NCBI GenBank assembly: GCA_964057225.1
Contig: OZ059895.1
Span: 3,534,001-3,598,000, forward strand
From: Auanema rhodensis
Lineage: Eukaryota > Animalia > Nematoda
Reading direction: 5' to 3'
DNA: 64,000 bases
A model generated the notes under the pieces. That model was not told the origin of the DNA and ran no database searches. It worked only from the letters and a program-made list of their open reading frames with translations. The first letter of the stretch is position 1; every line of letters begins with the position of its first letter. A program made the position numbers and the translations under genes. Below, in pieces: positions 52,934-64,000 of this stretch.

Positions 52934-53137
52934 TTAGTTGTTGGTGGTAAGTTGGGAAAAGCTAGATTGAGACTGACAACTGGTTTGGTCAAGTCGGAAG
53001 GATAGGAATGAATCCAAGGTTCTGGCCATAACTTTAGATCCGCCTTCTACCGTACTTTGAAATTGGACTTTGGTTATCTTGGTCTTTTGGGTCCAATTTG
53101 TATAGCATTTGCATTTTTCTTTTCTCTTTGCACGCAT
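52934..53137 (-). CDS. 67-aa upstream ORF in the same frame as the polyprotein, separated from it by a single TAA
   Basis: 53137-52843 is divisible by 3. Manual translation: ...QLTTNN*TYIPTQLRSNSIIPHVIRHSRFFQTKSPNKVERRY... Confidence 0.35.
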   Translation of the reverse strand: MRAKRKEKCKCYTNWTQKTKITKVQFQSTVEGGSKVMARTLDSFLSFRLDQTSCQSQSSFSQLTTNN

Positions 53138-54256
53138 TATGGATGATTGCCTGGTCTCAATGGGCTTATTCCCTTCTCTTTTTTATAGAATTTTTTGATT
53201 TTTAGTCGCAAACTCCCTTAGGCATTCCAAAAAGTTGCATTAAAATTAGACTTTGGTAATCCATCACTCTATCCAAGAAGAATTACTAGTCCCAATTGCA
53301 TACTTAATTCGTTCGTTCATGGTTCAACGGGAAGTAAGGATCTTTTTTAAGAAATCTACCGTAGTCGTTTTGCAAACCAAAGATCTCGTTTTATAATATT
53401 GAAGTTACATAGCTGACTAAAATTTACAAGAACTATACGAAATTATAAAAAGAATAAGATGATTTGGAATTGAGTCTCATGTTTCTAAACAACAAAACGG
53501 TATGAGGAAGGTGACATATAGTATGGGGAGAAAATCCAACTAATATGCTTTAGCCAACTCGACCTGACGAATAAGTTTAAATTGGGAGATCAGTTTGTGA
53601 GAATATCGCAGGATTTTTCGGACTATAGCGAATGTAAGTTATTAAATTAAACATCCTCTCACTTGTTGTGAGGTTTCCCGTACGATTTTTAAGCGTTTTG
53701 TTATGTTTTTGGATGGTAAATGCTAAAAGTTGTCTGAACGATTTTAAACGCAAAATATAATAGTCCTTATCGCAAAATTATTTAAAATTCAAATTGGCAT
53801 GCTTTTCATCCACAAAATTTAAGAAATAACTGGAGTTATTCTTTCCTCAAAGCCGAAATCAATCCTTAAAAGGAGAATGGTGTGGGTAATAATCAAAATA
53901 TATATAAAATCTTTAGGTGAATCTGTTCACGAATTCAGCCTAAAGTCCTCATGTGGCTTCGAGGTCGGGTAACAGTATAATCAGATGTTAATAGCAAGGA
54001 TATGTGACTTAGGTTCAGACATGACAAAATTGTGAACAACGGGATCAAGTAAAATAAATTCTTCCCAAAATGTATAATTTTACTCTCTTATTATGAGAGT
54101 TCCTTGCATCTGTTCCCTATAACGATGTTGGCCCCTCCGTTTTGTGTTTTAGCGTGGAGAAGATGGCAATGGATAAGAGAAAGTTGAAAAGAAAATGAAT
54201 ATTGCAAGAGTGAATAAAATTTAAGAAAATAAGAGAATAGTAAAAGAAACGTTCGA

Positions 54257-54269
54257 GGTGGAACCTCCA
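54257..54269 (-). promoter_or_regulatory. Primer-binding site complementary to the tRNA-Gln 3' end
   Basis: TGGAGGTTCCACC directly abuts the 5' LTR; metazoan tRNA-Gln ends ...GGTGGAACCT-CCA (recalled, not searched). Confidence 0.85.
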
Positions 54270-54604
54270 CGTTCCGTTATGCTCTCGCACTATCCTATAG
54301 ACCAATGTAGTCTATAAGATGTGCGATACAGTGTTCCAGATGTAGCGGTATTAATAGAGCATAATGGATAACATAAGACTCATGAAAAGAAAGGTTTATT
54401 CTACATAATGATTACAATAAGTTACGATAAGAATTAAAGAGATATAAACTATAGGTGAGCTCTGAGGAGATGACAAGCCATCCTTAGTCATTCCATGAGA
54501 CAGAACTAAAGTCTGAGTTCCATATAAAGGGCGTGTCAGCTCCTCTCGTCTCTTGTCGTCTAGCTCTAACCCGCCTGCTACGTATTGATCATCCGAATGG
54601 AACG
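54270..54604 (-). repeat. 5' LTR (335 bp)
   Basis: Direct repeat of 43105-43439; adjacent to the PBS. Confidence 0.97.
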
Positions 54605-54608
54605 GATT
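54605..54608 (+). other. Target-site duplication GATT, right copy
   Basis: GGAACG|GATT|TTAATTCAG. Confidence 0.95.
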
Positions 54609-57600
54609 TTAATTCAGATTTTTTCAACTTTCACTCAGTTTGTTTTCTAAACTTTGATTAAGAACCTTGTTGTTTGTACAACCATAAAATATACGCAGCA
54701 CAGGTTACCCTTAAATAATGAACTGACCGTCTAATCAGACATGGATCTTCCCAAGTTCTGTTGCTTGAATGGATGTTTTCCTACGTAGGCTAGTAAAACA
54801 TGCCCTTCAAAGCATCAGAACATGTGATCACATTCCAATTTTTTTGTATCTATCTTGTAAAGATAGTAATAAACTTTGATTTTTGTACACCCATAAATTA
54901 TACGCAGCACAGGTTACCCTTAAATAATGAACTGACCGACTAATCAGACATGGATCTTTCCAAGTTCTGTTGCTTGAACGGATGTTTTCCTACGTAGGCT
55001 AGTAAAACATGCCCTTCAAAGCATCAGAACATGTGACCACATTCCTATTTTTTTGTATCTATCTTGTAAAGATAGTAATATATCATATGTTGAACACTAT
55101 GTTGGAAAGATTTTAATTCAGATTTTTTCAACTTTCACTCAGTTTGTTTTCTAAACTTTGATTAAGAACCTTGTTGTTTGTACACCCATAAAATATACGC
55201 AGCACAGGTTACCCTTAAATAATGAACTGACCGTCTAATCAGACATGGATCTTCCCAAGTTCTGTTGCTTGAACGGATGTTTTCCTACGTAGGCTAGTAA
55301 AACATGCCCTTCAAAGCATCAGAACATGTGATCAGATTCCAATTTTTTTGTATCTATCTTGTAAAGATAGTAATATATCATATGTTGAACACTATGTTGG
55401 AAAGATTTTAATTCAGATTTTTTCAACTTTCACTCAGTTTGTTTTCTAAACTTTGATTAAGAACCTTGTTGTTTGTACACCCATAAAATATACGCAGCAC
55501 AGGTTACCCTTAAATAATGAACTGACCGTCTAATCAGACATGGATCTTACCAAGTTCTGTTGCTTGAATGGATGTTTTCCTACGTAGGCTAGTAAAACAT
55601 GCCCTTCAAAACATCAGAACATGTGATCACATTCCAATTTTTTTGTATCTATTTTGTAAAGATAGTAATAAACTTTGATTTTTGTACACCCATAAATTAT
55701 ACGCAGCACAGGTTACCCTTAAATAATGAACTGACCGACTAATCAGACATGGATCTTTCCTAGTTCTGTTGCTTGAATGGATGTTTTCCTACGTAGGCTA
55801 GTAAAACATGCCCTTCAAAGCATCAGAACATGTGACCACATTCCAATTTTTTTGTATCTGTTTTGTGAAGATAGTAAAATATCATATGTTGAACACTATG
55901 TTGGAAAGATTTTAATTCAGATTTTCTAACTTTTATTCAGTTTGTTTTTTAAACTTTGATTAAGAACTTTGATTTTTGTACACCCATAAATTATACGCAG
56001 CACAGGTTACCCTTAAATAATGAACTGACCGACTAATCAGACATGGATCTTTTCTAGTTCTGTTGCTTGAATGGATGTTTTCCTACGTAGGCTAGTAAAA
56101 CATGCCCTTCAAAACATCAGAACATGTGATCACATTCCAATTTTTTTGTATCTATTTTGTAAAGATAGTAATAAACTTTGATTTTTGTACACCCATAAAT
56201 TATACGCAGCACAGGTTACCCTTAAATAATGAACTGACCGACTAATCAGACATGGATCTTTCCTAGTTCTGTTGCTTGAATGGATGTTTTCCTACGTAGG
56301 CTAGTAAAACATGCCCTTCAAAGCATCAGAACATGTGATCACATTCCAATTTTTTTGTATCTATCTTGTAAAGATAGTAATATATCATATGTTGAACACT
56401 ATGTTGGAAAGATTTTAATTCAGATTTTCGAACTTTTATTCAGTTTGTTTTTCAAACTTTGATTAAGAACTTTGATTTTTGTACACCCATAAATTATACG
56501 CAGCACAGGTTACCCTTAATTAATGAACTGACCGACTAATCAGACATGGATCTTTCCAAGTTCTGTTGCTTGAACGGATGTTTTCCTACGAAGGCTAGTA
56601 AAACATGCCCTTCAAAGCATCAGAACATGTGATCACATTCCAATATTTTTGTATCTATCTTGTAAAGATAGTAATATATCATATGTTGAACACTATGTTG
56701 GAAAGATTTTAATTCAGATTTTCTAACTTTTATTCAGTTTGTTTTTTAAACTTTGATTAAGAACTTTGATTTTTGTACACCCATAAATTATACGCAGCAC
56801 AGGTTACCCTTAAATAATGAACTGACCGACTAATCAGACATGGATCTTTCCTAGTTCTGTTGCTTGAATGGATGTTTTCCTACGTAGGCTAGTAAAACAT
56901 GCCCTTCAAAACATCAGAACATGTGATCACATTCCAATTTTTTTGTATCTATCTTGTAAAGATAGTAATATATCATATGTTGAACACTATGTTGGAAAGA
57001 TTTTAATTCAGATTTTTTCAACTTTCACTCAGTTTGTTTTCTAAACTTTGATTAAGAACCTTGAGTTTTGTACACCCATAAATTATACGCAGCACAGGTT
57101 ACCCTTAAATAATGAACTGACCGACTAATCAGACATGGATCTTTCCTAGTTCTGTTGCTTGAATGGATGTTTTCCTACGTAGGCTAGTAAAACATGCCCT
57201 TCAAAGCATCAGAACATGTGATCACATTCCAATTTTTTTGTATCTATCTTGTAAAGATAGTAATATATCATATGTTGAACACTATGTTGGAAAAATTTTA
57301 ATTCAGATTTTCGAACTTTTATTCAGTTTGTTTTTCAAACTTTGATTAAGAACTTTGATTTTCGTACTCCCATAAATTATACGCAGCACAGGTTACCCTT
57401 AATTAATGAACTGACCGACTAATCAGACATGGATCTTTCCAAGTTCTGTTGCTTGAACGGATGTTTTCCTACGTAGGCTAGTAAAACATGCCCTTCAAAG
57501 CATCAGAACATGTGACCACATTCCAATTTTTTTGTATCTATCTTGTAAAGATAGTAATAAACTTTGATTTTTGTACACCCATAAATTATACGCAGCACAG

Positions 57601-60600
57601 GTTACCCTTAAATAATGATTTGACCGACTAATCAGACATGGATCTTTCCAAGTTCTGTTGCTTGAATGGATGTTTTCCTACGTAGGCTAGTAAAACATGC
57701 CCTTCAAAGCATCAGAACATGTGGTCACATTCCAATTTTTTTGTATCTATCTTGTAAAGATAGTAATATATCATATGTTGAACACTATGTTGGAAAGATT
57801 TTAATTCAGATTTTTTCAACTTTCACTCAGTTTGTTTTCTAAACTTTGATTAAGAACCTTGTTGTTTGTACAACCATAAAATATACGCAGCACAGGTTAC
57901 CCTTAAATAATGAACTGACCGTCTAATCAGACATGGATCTTCCCAAGTTCTGTTGCTTGAATGGATGTTTTCCTACGTAGGCTAGTAAAACATGCCCTTC
58001 AAAGCATCAGAACATGTGATCACATTCCAATTTTTTTGTATCTATCTTGTAAAGATAGTAATAAACTTTGATTTTTGTACACCCATAAATTATACGCAGC
58101 ACAGGTTACCCTTAAATAATGAACTGACCGACTAATCAGACATGGATCTTTCCAAGTTCTGTTGCTTGAACGGATGTTTTCCTACGTAGGCTAGTAAAAC
58201 ATGCCCTTCAAAGCATCAGAACATGTGACCACATTCCTATTTTTTTGTATCTATCTTGTAAAGATAGTAATATATCATATGTTGAACACTATGTTGGAAA
58301 GATTTTAATTCAGATTTTTTCAACTTTCACTCAGTTTGTTTTCTAAACTTTGATTAAGAACCTTGTTGTTTGTACAACCATAAAATATACGCAGCACAGG
58401 TTACCCTTAAATAATGAACTGACCGTCTAATCAGACATGGATCTTTCCAAGTTCTGTTGCTTGAACGGATGTTTTCCTACGTAGGCTAGTAAAACATGCC
58501 CTTCAAAGCATCAGAACATGTGACCACATTCCTATTTTTTTGTATCTATCTTGTAAAGATAGTAATATATCATATGTTGAACACTATGTTGGAAAGATTT
58601 TAATTCAGATTTTTTCAACTTTCACTCAGTTTGTTTTCTAAACTTTGATTAAGAACCTTGTTGTTTGTACACCCATAAAATATACGCAGCACAGGTTACC
58701 CTTAAATAATGAACTGACCGTCTAATCAGACATGGATCTTCCCAAGTTCTGTTGCTTGAACGGATGTTTTCCTACGTAGGCTAGTAAAACATGCCCTTCA
58801 AAGCATCAGAACATGTGATCAGATTCCAATTTTTTTGTATCTATCTTGTAAAGATAGTAATATATCATATGTTGAACACTATGTTGGAAAGATTTTAATT
58901 CAGATTTTTTCAACTTTCACTCAGTTTGTTTTCTAAACTTTGATTAAGAACCTTGTTGTTTGTACACCCATAAAATATACGCAGCACAGGTTACCCTTAA
59001 ATAATGAACTGACCGTCTAATCAGACATGGATCTTACCAAGTTCTGTTGCTTGAATGGATGTTTTCCTACGTAGGCTAGTAAAACATGCCCTTCAAAGCA
59101 TCAGAACATGTGATCACATTCCAATTTTTTTGTATCTATCTTGTAAAGATAGTAATATATCATATGTTGAACACTATGTTGGAAAGATTTTAATTCAGAT
59201 TTTCTAACTTTTATTCAGTTTGTTTTTTAAACTTTGATTAAGAACTTTGATTTTTGTACACCCATAAATTATACGCAGCACAGGTTACCCTTAAATAATG
59301 AACTGACCGACTAATCAGACATGGATCTTTCCTAGTTCTGTTGCTTGAATGGATGTTTTCCTACGTAGGCTAGTAAAACATGCCCTTCAAAGCATCAGAA
59401 CATGTGATCACATTCCAATTTTTTTGTATCTATCTTGTAAAGATAGTAATATATCATATGTTGAACACTATGTTGGAAAAATTTTAATTCAGATTTTCGA
59501 ACTTTTATTCAGTTTGTTTTTCAAACTTTGATTAAGAACTTTGATTTTCGTACTCCCATAAATTATACGCAGCACAGGTTACCCTTAATTAATGAACTGA
59601 CCGACTAATCAGACATGGATCTTTCCAAGTTCTGTTGCTTGAATGGATGTTTTCCTACGTAGGCTAGTAAAACATGCCCTTCAAAGCATCAGAACATGTG
59701 ATCACATTCCAATTTTTTTGTATCTATCTTGTAAAGATAGTAATAAACTTTGATTTTTGTACACCCATAAATTATACGCAGCACAGGTTACCCTTAAATA
59801 ATGAACTGACCGACTAATCAGACATGGATCTTTCCAAGTTCTGTTGCTTGAACGGATGTTTTCCTACGTAGGCTAGTAAAACATGCCCTTCAAAGCATCA
59901 GAACATGTGACCACATTCCAATTTTTTTGTATCTATCTTGTAAAGATAGTAATATATCATATGTTGAACACTATGTTGGAAAGATTTTAATTCAGATTTT
60001 TTCAACTTTCACTCAGTTTGTTTTCTAAACTTTGATTAAGAACCTTGTTGTTTGTACACCCATAAAATATACGCAGCACAGGTTACCCTTAAATAATGAA
60101 CTGACCGTCTAATCAGACATGGATCTTCCCAAGTTCTGTTGCTTGAATGGATGTTTTCCTACGTAGGCTAGTAAAACATGCCCTTCAAAGCATCAGAACA
60201 TGTGATCACATTCCAATTTTTTTGTATCTATCTTGTAAAGATAGTAATAAACTTTGATTTTTGTACACCCATAAATTATACGCAGCACAGGTTACTCTTA
60301 AATAATGAACTGACCGACTAATCAGACACGGATCTTTCCTAGTTCTGTTGCTTGAATGGATGTTTTCCTACGTAGGCTAGTAAAACATGCCCTTCAAAGC
60401 ATCAGAACATGTGATCACATTCCAATTTTTTTGTATCTATTTTGTAAAGATAGTAATATATCATATGTTGAACACTATGTTGGAAAGATTTTAATTCAGA
60501 TTTTCTAACTTTTATTCAGTTTGTTTTTTAAACTTTGATTAAGAACTTTGATTTTTGTACACCCATAAATTATACGCAGCACAGGTTACCCTTAAATAAT

Positions 60601-63600
60601 GAACTGACCGACTAATCAGACATGGATCTTTCCTAGTTCTGTTGCTTGAATGGATGTTTTCCTACGTAGGCTAGTAAAACATGCCCTTCAAAACATCAGA
60701 ACATGTGATCACATTCCAATTTTTTTGTATCTGTTTTGTAAAGATAGTAATAAACTTTGATTTTTGTACACCCATAAATTATACGCAGCACAGGTTACCC
60801 TTAAATAATGAACTGACCGACTAATCAGACATGGATCTTTCCTAGTTCTGTTGCTTGAATGGATGTTTTCCTACGTAGGCTAGTAAAACATGCCCTTCAA
60901 AGCATCAGAACATGTGATCACATTCCAATTTTTTTGTATCTATTTTGTAAAGATAGTAATATATCATATGTTGAACACTATGTTGGAAAGATTTTAATTC
61001 AGATTTTCTAACTTTTATTCAGTTTGTTTTTTAAACTTTGATTAAGAACTTTGATTTTTGTACACCCATAAATTATACGCAGCACAGGTTACCCTTAAAT
61101 AATGAACTGACCGACTAATCAGACATGGATCTTTCCTAGTTCTGTTGCTTGAATGGATGTTTTCCTACGTAGGCTAGTAAAACATGCCCTTCAAAACATC
61201 AGAACATGTGATCACATTCCAATTTTTTTGTATCTGTTTTGTAAAGATAGTAATAAACTTTGATTTTTGTACACCCATAAATTATACGCAGCACAGGTTA
61301 CCCTTAAATAATGAACTGACCGACTAATCAGACATGGATCTTTCCTAGTTCTGTTGCTTGAATGGATGTTTTCCTACGTAGGCTAGTAAAACATGCCCTT
61401 CAAAGCATCAGAACATGTGATCACATTCCAATTTTTTTGTATCTATCTTGTAAAGATAGTAATAAACTTTGATTTTTGTACACCCATAAATTATACGCAG
61501 CACAGGTTACCCTTAAATAATGAACTGACCGACTAATCAGACATGGATCTTTCCAAGTTCTGTTGCTTGAACGGATGTTTTCCTACGTAGGCTAGTAAAA
61601 CATGCCCTTCAAAGCATCAGAACATGTGACCACATTCCAATTTTTTTGTATCTATCTTGTAAAGATAGTAATATATCATATGTTGAACACTATGTTGGAA
61701 AGATTTTAATTCAGATTTTTTCAACTTTCACTCAGTTTGTTTTCTAAACTTTGATTAAGAACCTTGTTGTTTGTACACCCATAAAATATACGCAGCACAG
61801 GTTACCCTTAAATAATGAACTGACCGTCTAATCAGACATGGATCTTCCCAAGTTCTGTTGCTTGAATGGATGTTTTCCTACGTAGGCTAGTAAAACATGC
61901 CCTTCAAAGCATCAGAACATGTGATCACATTCCAATTTTTTTGTATCTATCTTGTAAAGATAGTAATAAACTTTGATTTTTGTACACCCATAAATTATAC
62001 GCAGCACAGGTTACTCTTAAATAATGAACTGACCGACTAATCAGACACGGATCTTTCCTAGTTCTGTTGCTTGAATGGATGTTTTCCTACGTAGGCTAGT
62101 AAAACATGCCCTTCAAAGCATCAGAACATGTGATCACATTCCAATTTTTTTGTATCTATTTTGTAAAGATAGTAATATATCATATGTTGAACACTATGTT
62201 GGAAAGATTTTAATTCAGATTTTCTAACTTTTATTCAGTTTGTTTTTTAAACTTTGATTAAGAACTTTGATTTTTGTACACCCATAAATTATACGCAGCA
62301 CAGGTTACCCTTAAATAATGAACTGACCGACTAATCAGACATGGATCTTTCCTAGTTCTGTTGCTTGAATGGATGTTTTCCTACGTAGGCTAGTAAAACA
62401 TGCCCTTCAAAACATCAGAACATGTGATCACATTCCAATTTTTTTGTATCTGTTTTGTAAAGATAGTAATAAACTTTGATTTTTGTACACCCATAAATTA
62501 TACGCAGCACAGGTTACCCTTAAATAATGAACTGACCGACTAATCAGACATGGATCTTTCCTAGTTCTGTTGCTTGAATGGATGTTTTCCTACGTAGGCT
62601 AGTAAAACATGCCCTTCAAAGCATCAGAACATGTGATCACATTCCAATTTTTCTGTATCTATCTTGTAAAGATAGTAATAAACTTTGATTTTTGTACACC
62701 CATAAATTATACGCAGCACAGGTTACCCTTAAATAATGAACTGACCGACTAATCAGACATGGATCTTTCCAAGTTCTGTTGCTTGAACGGATGTTTTCCT
62801 ACGTAGGCTAGTAAAACATGCCCTTCAAAGCATCAGAACATGTGATCACATTCCAATTTTTTTGTATCTATTTTGTAAAGATAGTAATATATCATATGTT
62901 GAACACTATGTTGGAAAGATTTTAATTCAGATTTTCTAACTTTTATTCAGTTTGTTTTTTAAACTTTGATTAAGAACTTTGATTTTTGTACACCCATAAA
63001 TTATACGCAGCACAGGTTACCCTTAAATAATGAACTGACCGACTAATCAGACATGGATCTTTCCTAGTTCTGTTGCTTGAATGGATGTTTTCCTACGTAG
63101 GCTAGTAAAACATGCCCTTCAAAACATCAGAACATGTGATCACATTCCAATTTTTTTGTATCTGTTTTGTAAAGATAGTAATAAACTTTGATTTTTGTAC
63201 ACCCATAAATTATACGCAGCACAGGTTACCCTTAAATAATGAACTGACCGACTAATCAGACATGGATCTTTCCTAGTTCTGTTGCTTGAATGGATGTTTT
63301 CCTACGTAGGCTAGTAAAACATGCCCTTCAAAGCATCAGAACATGTGATCACATTCCAATTTTTCTGTATCTATCTTGTAAAGATAGTAATAAACTTTGA
63401 TTTTTGTACACCCATAAATTATACGCAGCACAGGTTACCCTTAAATAATGAACTGACCGACTAATCAGACATGGATCTTTCCAAGTTCTGTTGCTTGAAC
63501 GGATGTTTTCCTACGTAGGCTAGTAAAACATGCCCTTCAAAGCATCAGAACATGTGATCACATTCCAATTTTTTTGTATCTATTTTGTAAAGATAGTAAT

Positions 63601-64000
63601 ATATCATATGTTGAACACTATGTTGGAAAGATTTTAATTCAGATTTTCTAACTTTTATTCAGTTTGTTTTTTAAACTTTGATTAAGAACTTTGATTTTTG
63701 TACACCCATAAATTATACGCAGCACAGGTTACCCTTAAATAATGAACTGACCGACTAATCAGACATGGATCTTTCCTAGTTCTGTTGCTTGAATGGATGT
63801 TTTCCTACGTAGGCTAGTAAAACATGCCCTTCAAAACATCAGAACATGTGATCACATTCCAATTTTTTTGTATCTGTTTTGTAAAGATAGTAATAAACTT
63901 TGATTTTTGTACACCCATAAATTATACGCAGCACAGGTTACCCTTAAATAATGAACTGACCGACTAATCAGACATGGATCTTTCCAAGTTCTGTTGCTTG
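54605..64000 (-). repeat. Satellite array resumes in the same orientation and register
   Basis: The monomer continues exactly where it was interrupted; 209-bp monomers become more frequent toward the window end. Confidence 0.99.

Larger units (their letters stand above)
43105..54604 (-). mobile_element. Full-length Ty3/Gypsy-type (Metaviridae-like) LTR retrotransposon / endogenous retrovirus-like element, 11,500 bp, carrying an envelope glycoprotein
   Basis: Two 335-bp direct repeats, 4-bp TSD, PBS, and a polyprotein with PR-RT-RH-IN order, YLDD RT and a GPF motif after the integrase core. Confidence 0.97.

Noticed and set aside
54251-54269. tRNA gene
   Set aside because: Only 13-19 nt of tRNA-like sequence including CCA, adjacent to the LTR; it is a PBS, not a cloverleaf.
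713-59531. Repeated 60-aa ORF MDVFLRRLVK... in the satellite
   Set aside because: It appears only in monomers where point variants happen to create the ATG and remove stops; most monomers break it. No sign of coding constraint.
1-64000. Naming the host species or satellite family
   Set aside because: Monomer length alone is not diagnostic and I cannot run a search; BLASTn of the monomer is needed.

Overview
Eukaryotic, AT-rich satellite DNA with one large insertion. About 52 kb is a single tandem-repeat family made of 294/295-bp monomers and a 209-bp monomer lacking 85 bp, arranged in local higher-order repeats. The array switches strand once, at about 7507-7538, across a 32-nt templated junction. 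A complete 11,500-bp Ty3/Gypsy-type LTR retrotransposon (43105-54604, minus strand) sits inside one monomer. It has two 335-bp LTRs that look identical by eye, a 4-bp GATT target-site duplication, non-canonical CG...CG termini and a tRNA-Gln primer-binding site. The main finding is its one long reading frame, which runs Gag - internal signal peptide - herpesvirus-gB/chuvirus-like (class III) fusion glycoprotein - TM anchor with PPxY tail - protease - RT - RNase H - integrase. The envelope gene is therefore embedded in frame between gag and pol instead of following pol. The 60-aa ORFs in the satellite are artefacts. The host cannot be determined from the sequence; an invertebrate, possibly a nematode, is only a guess. 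All family assignments come from motif recognition by eye; no searches were run.
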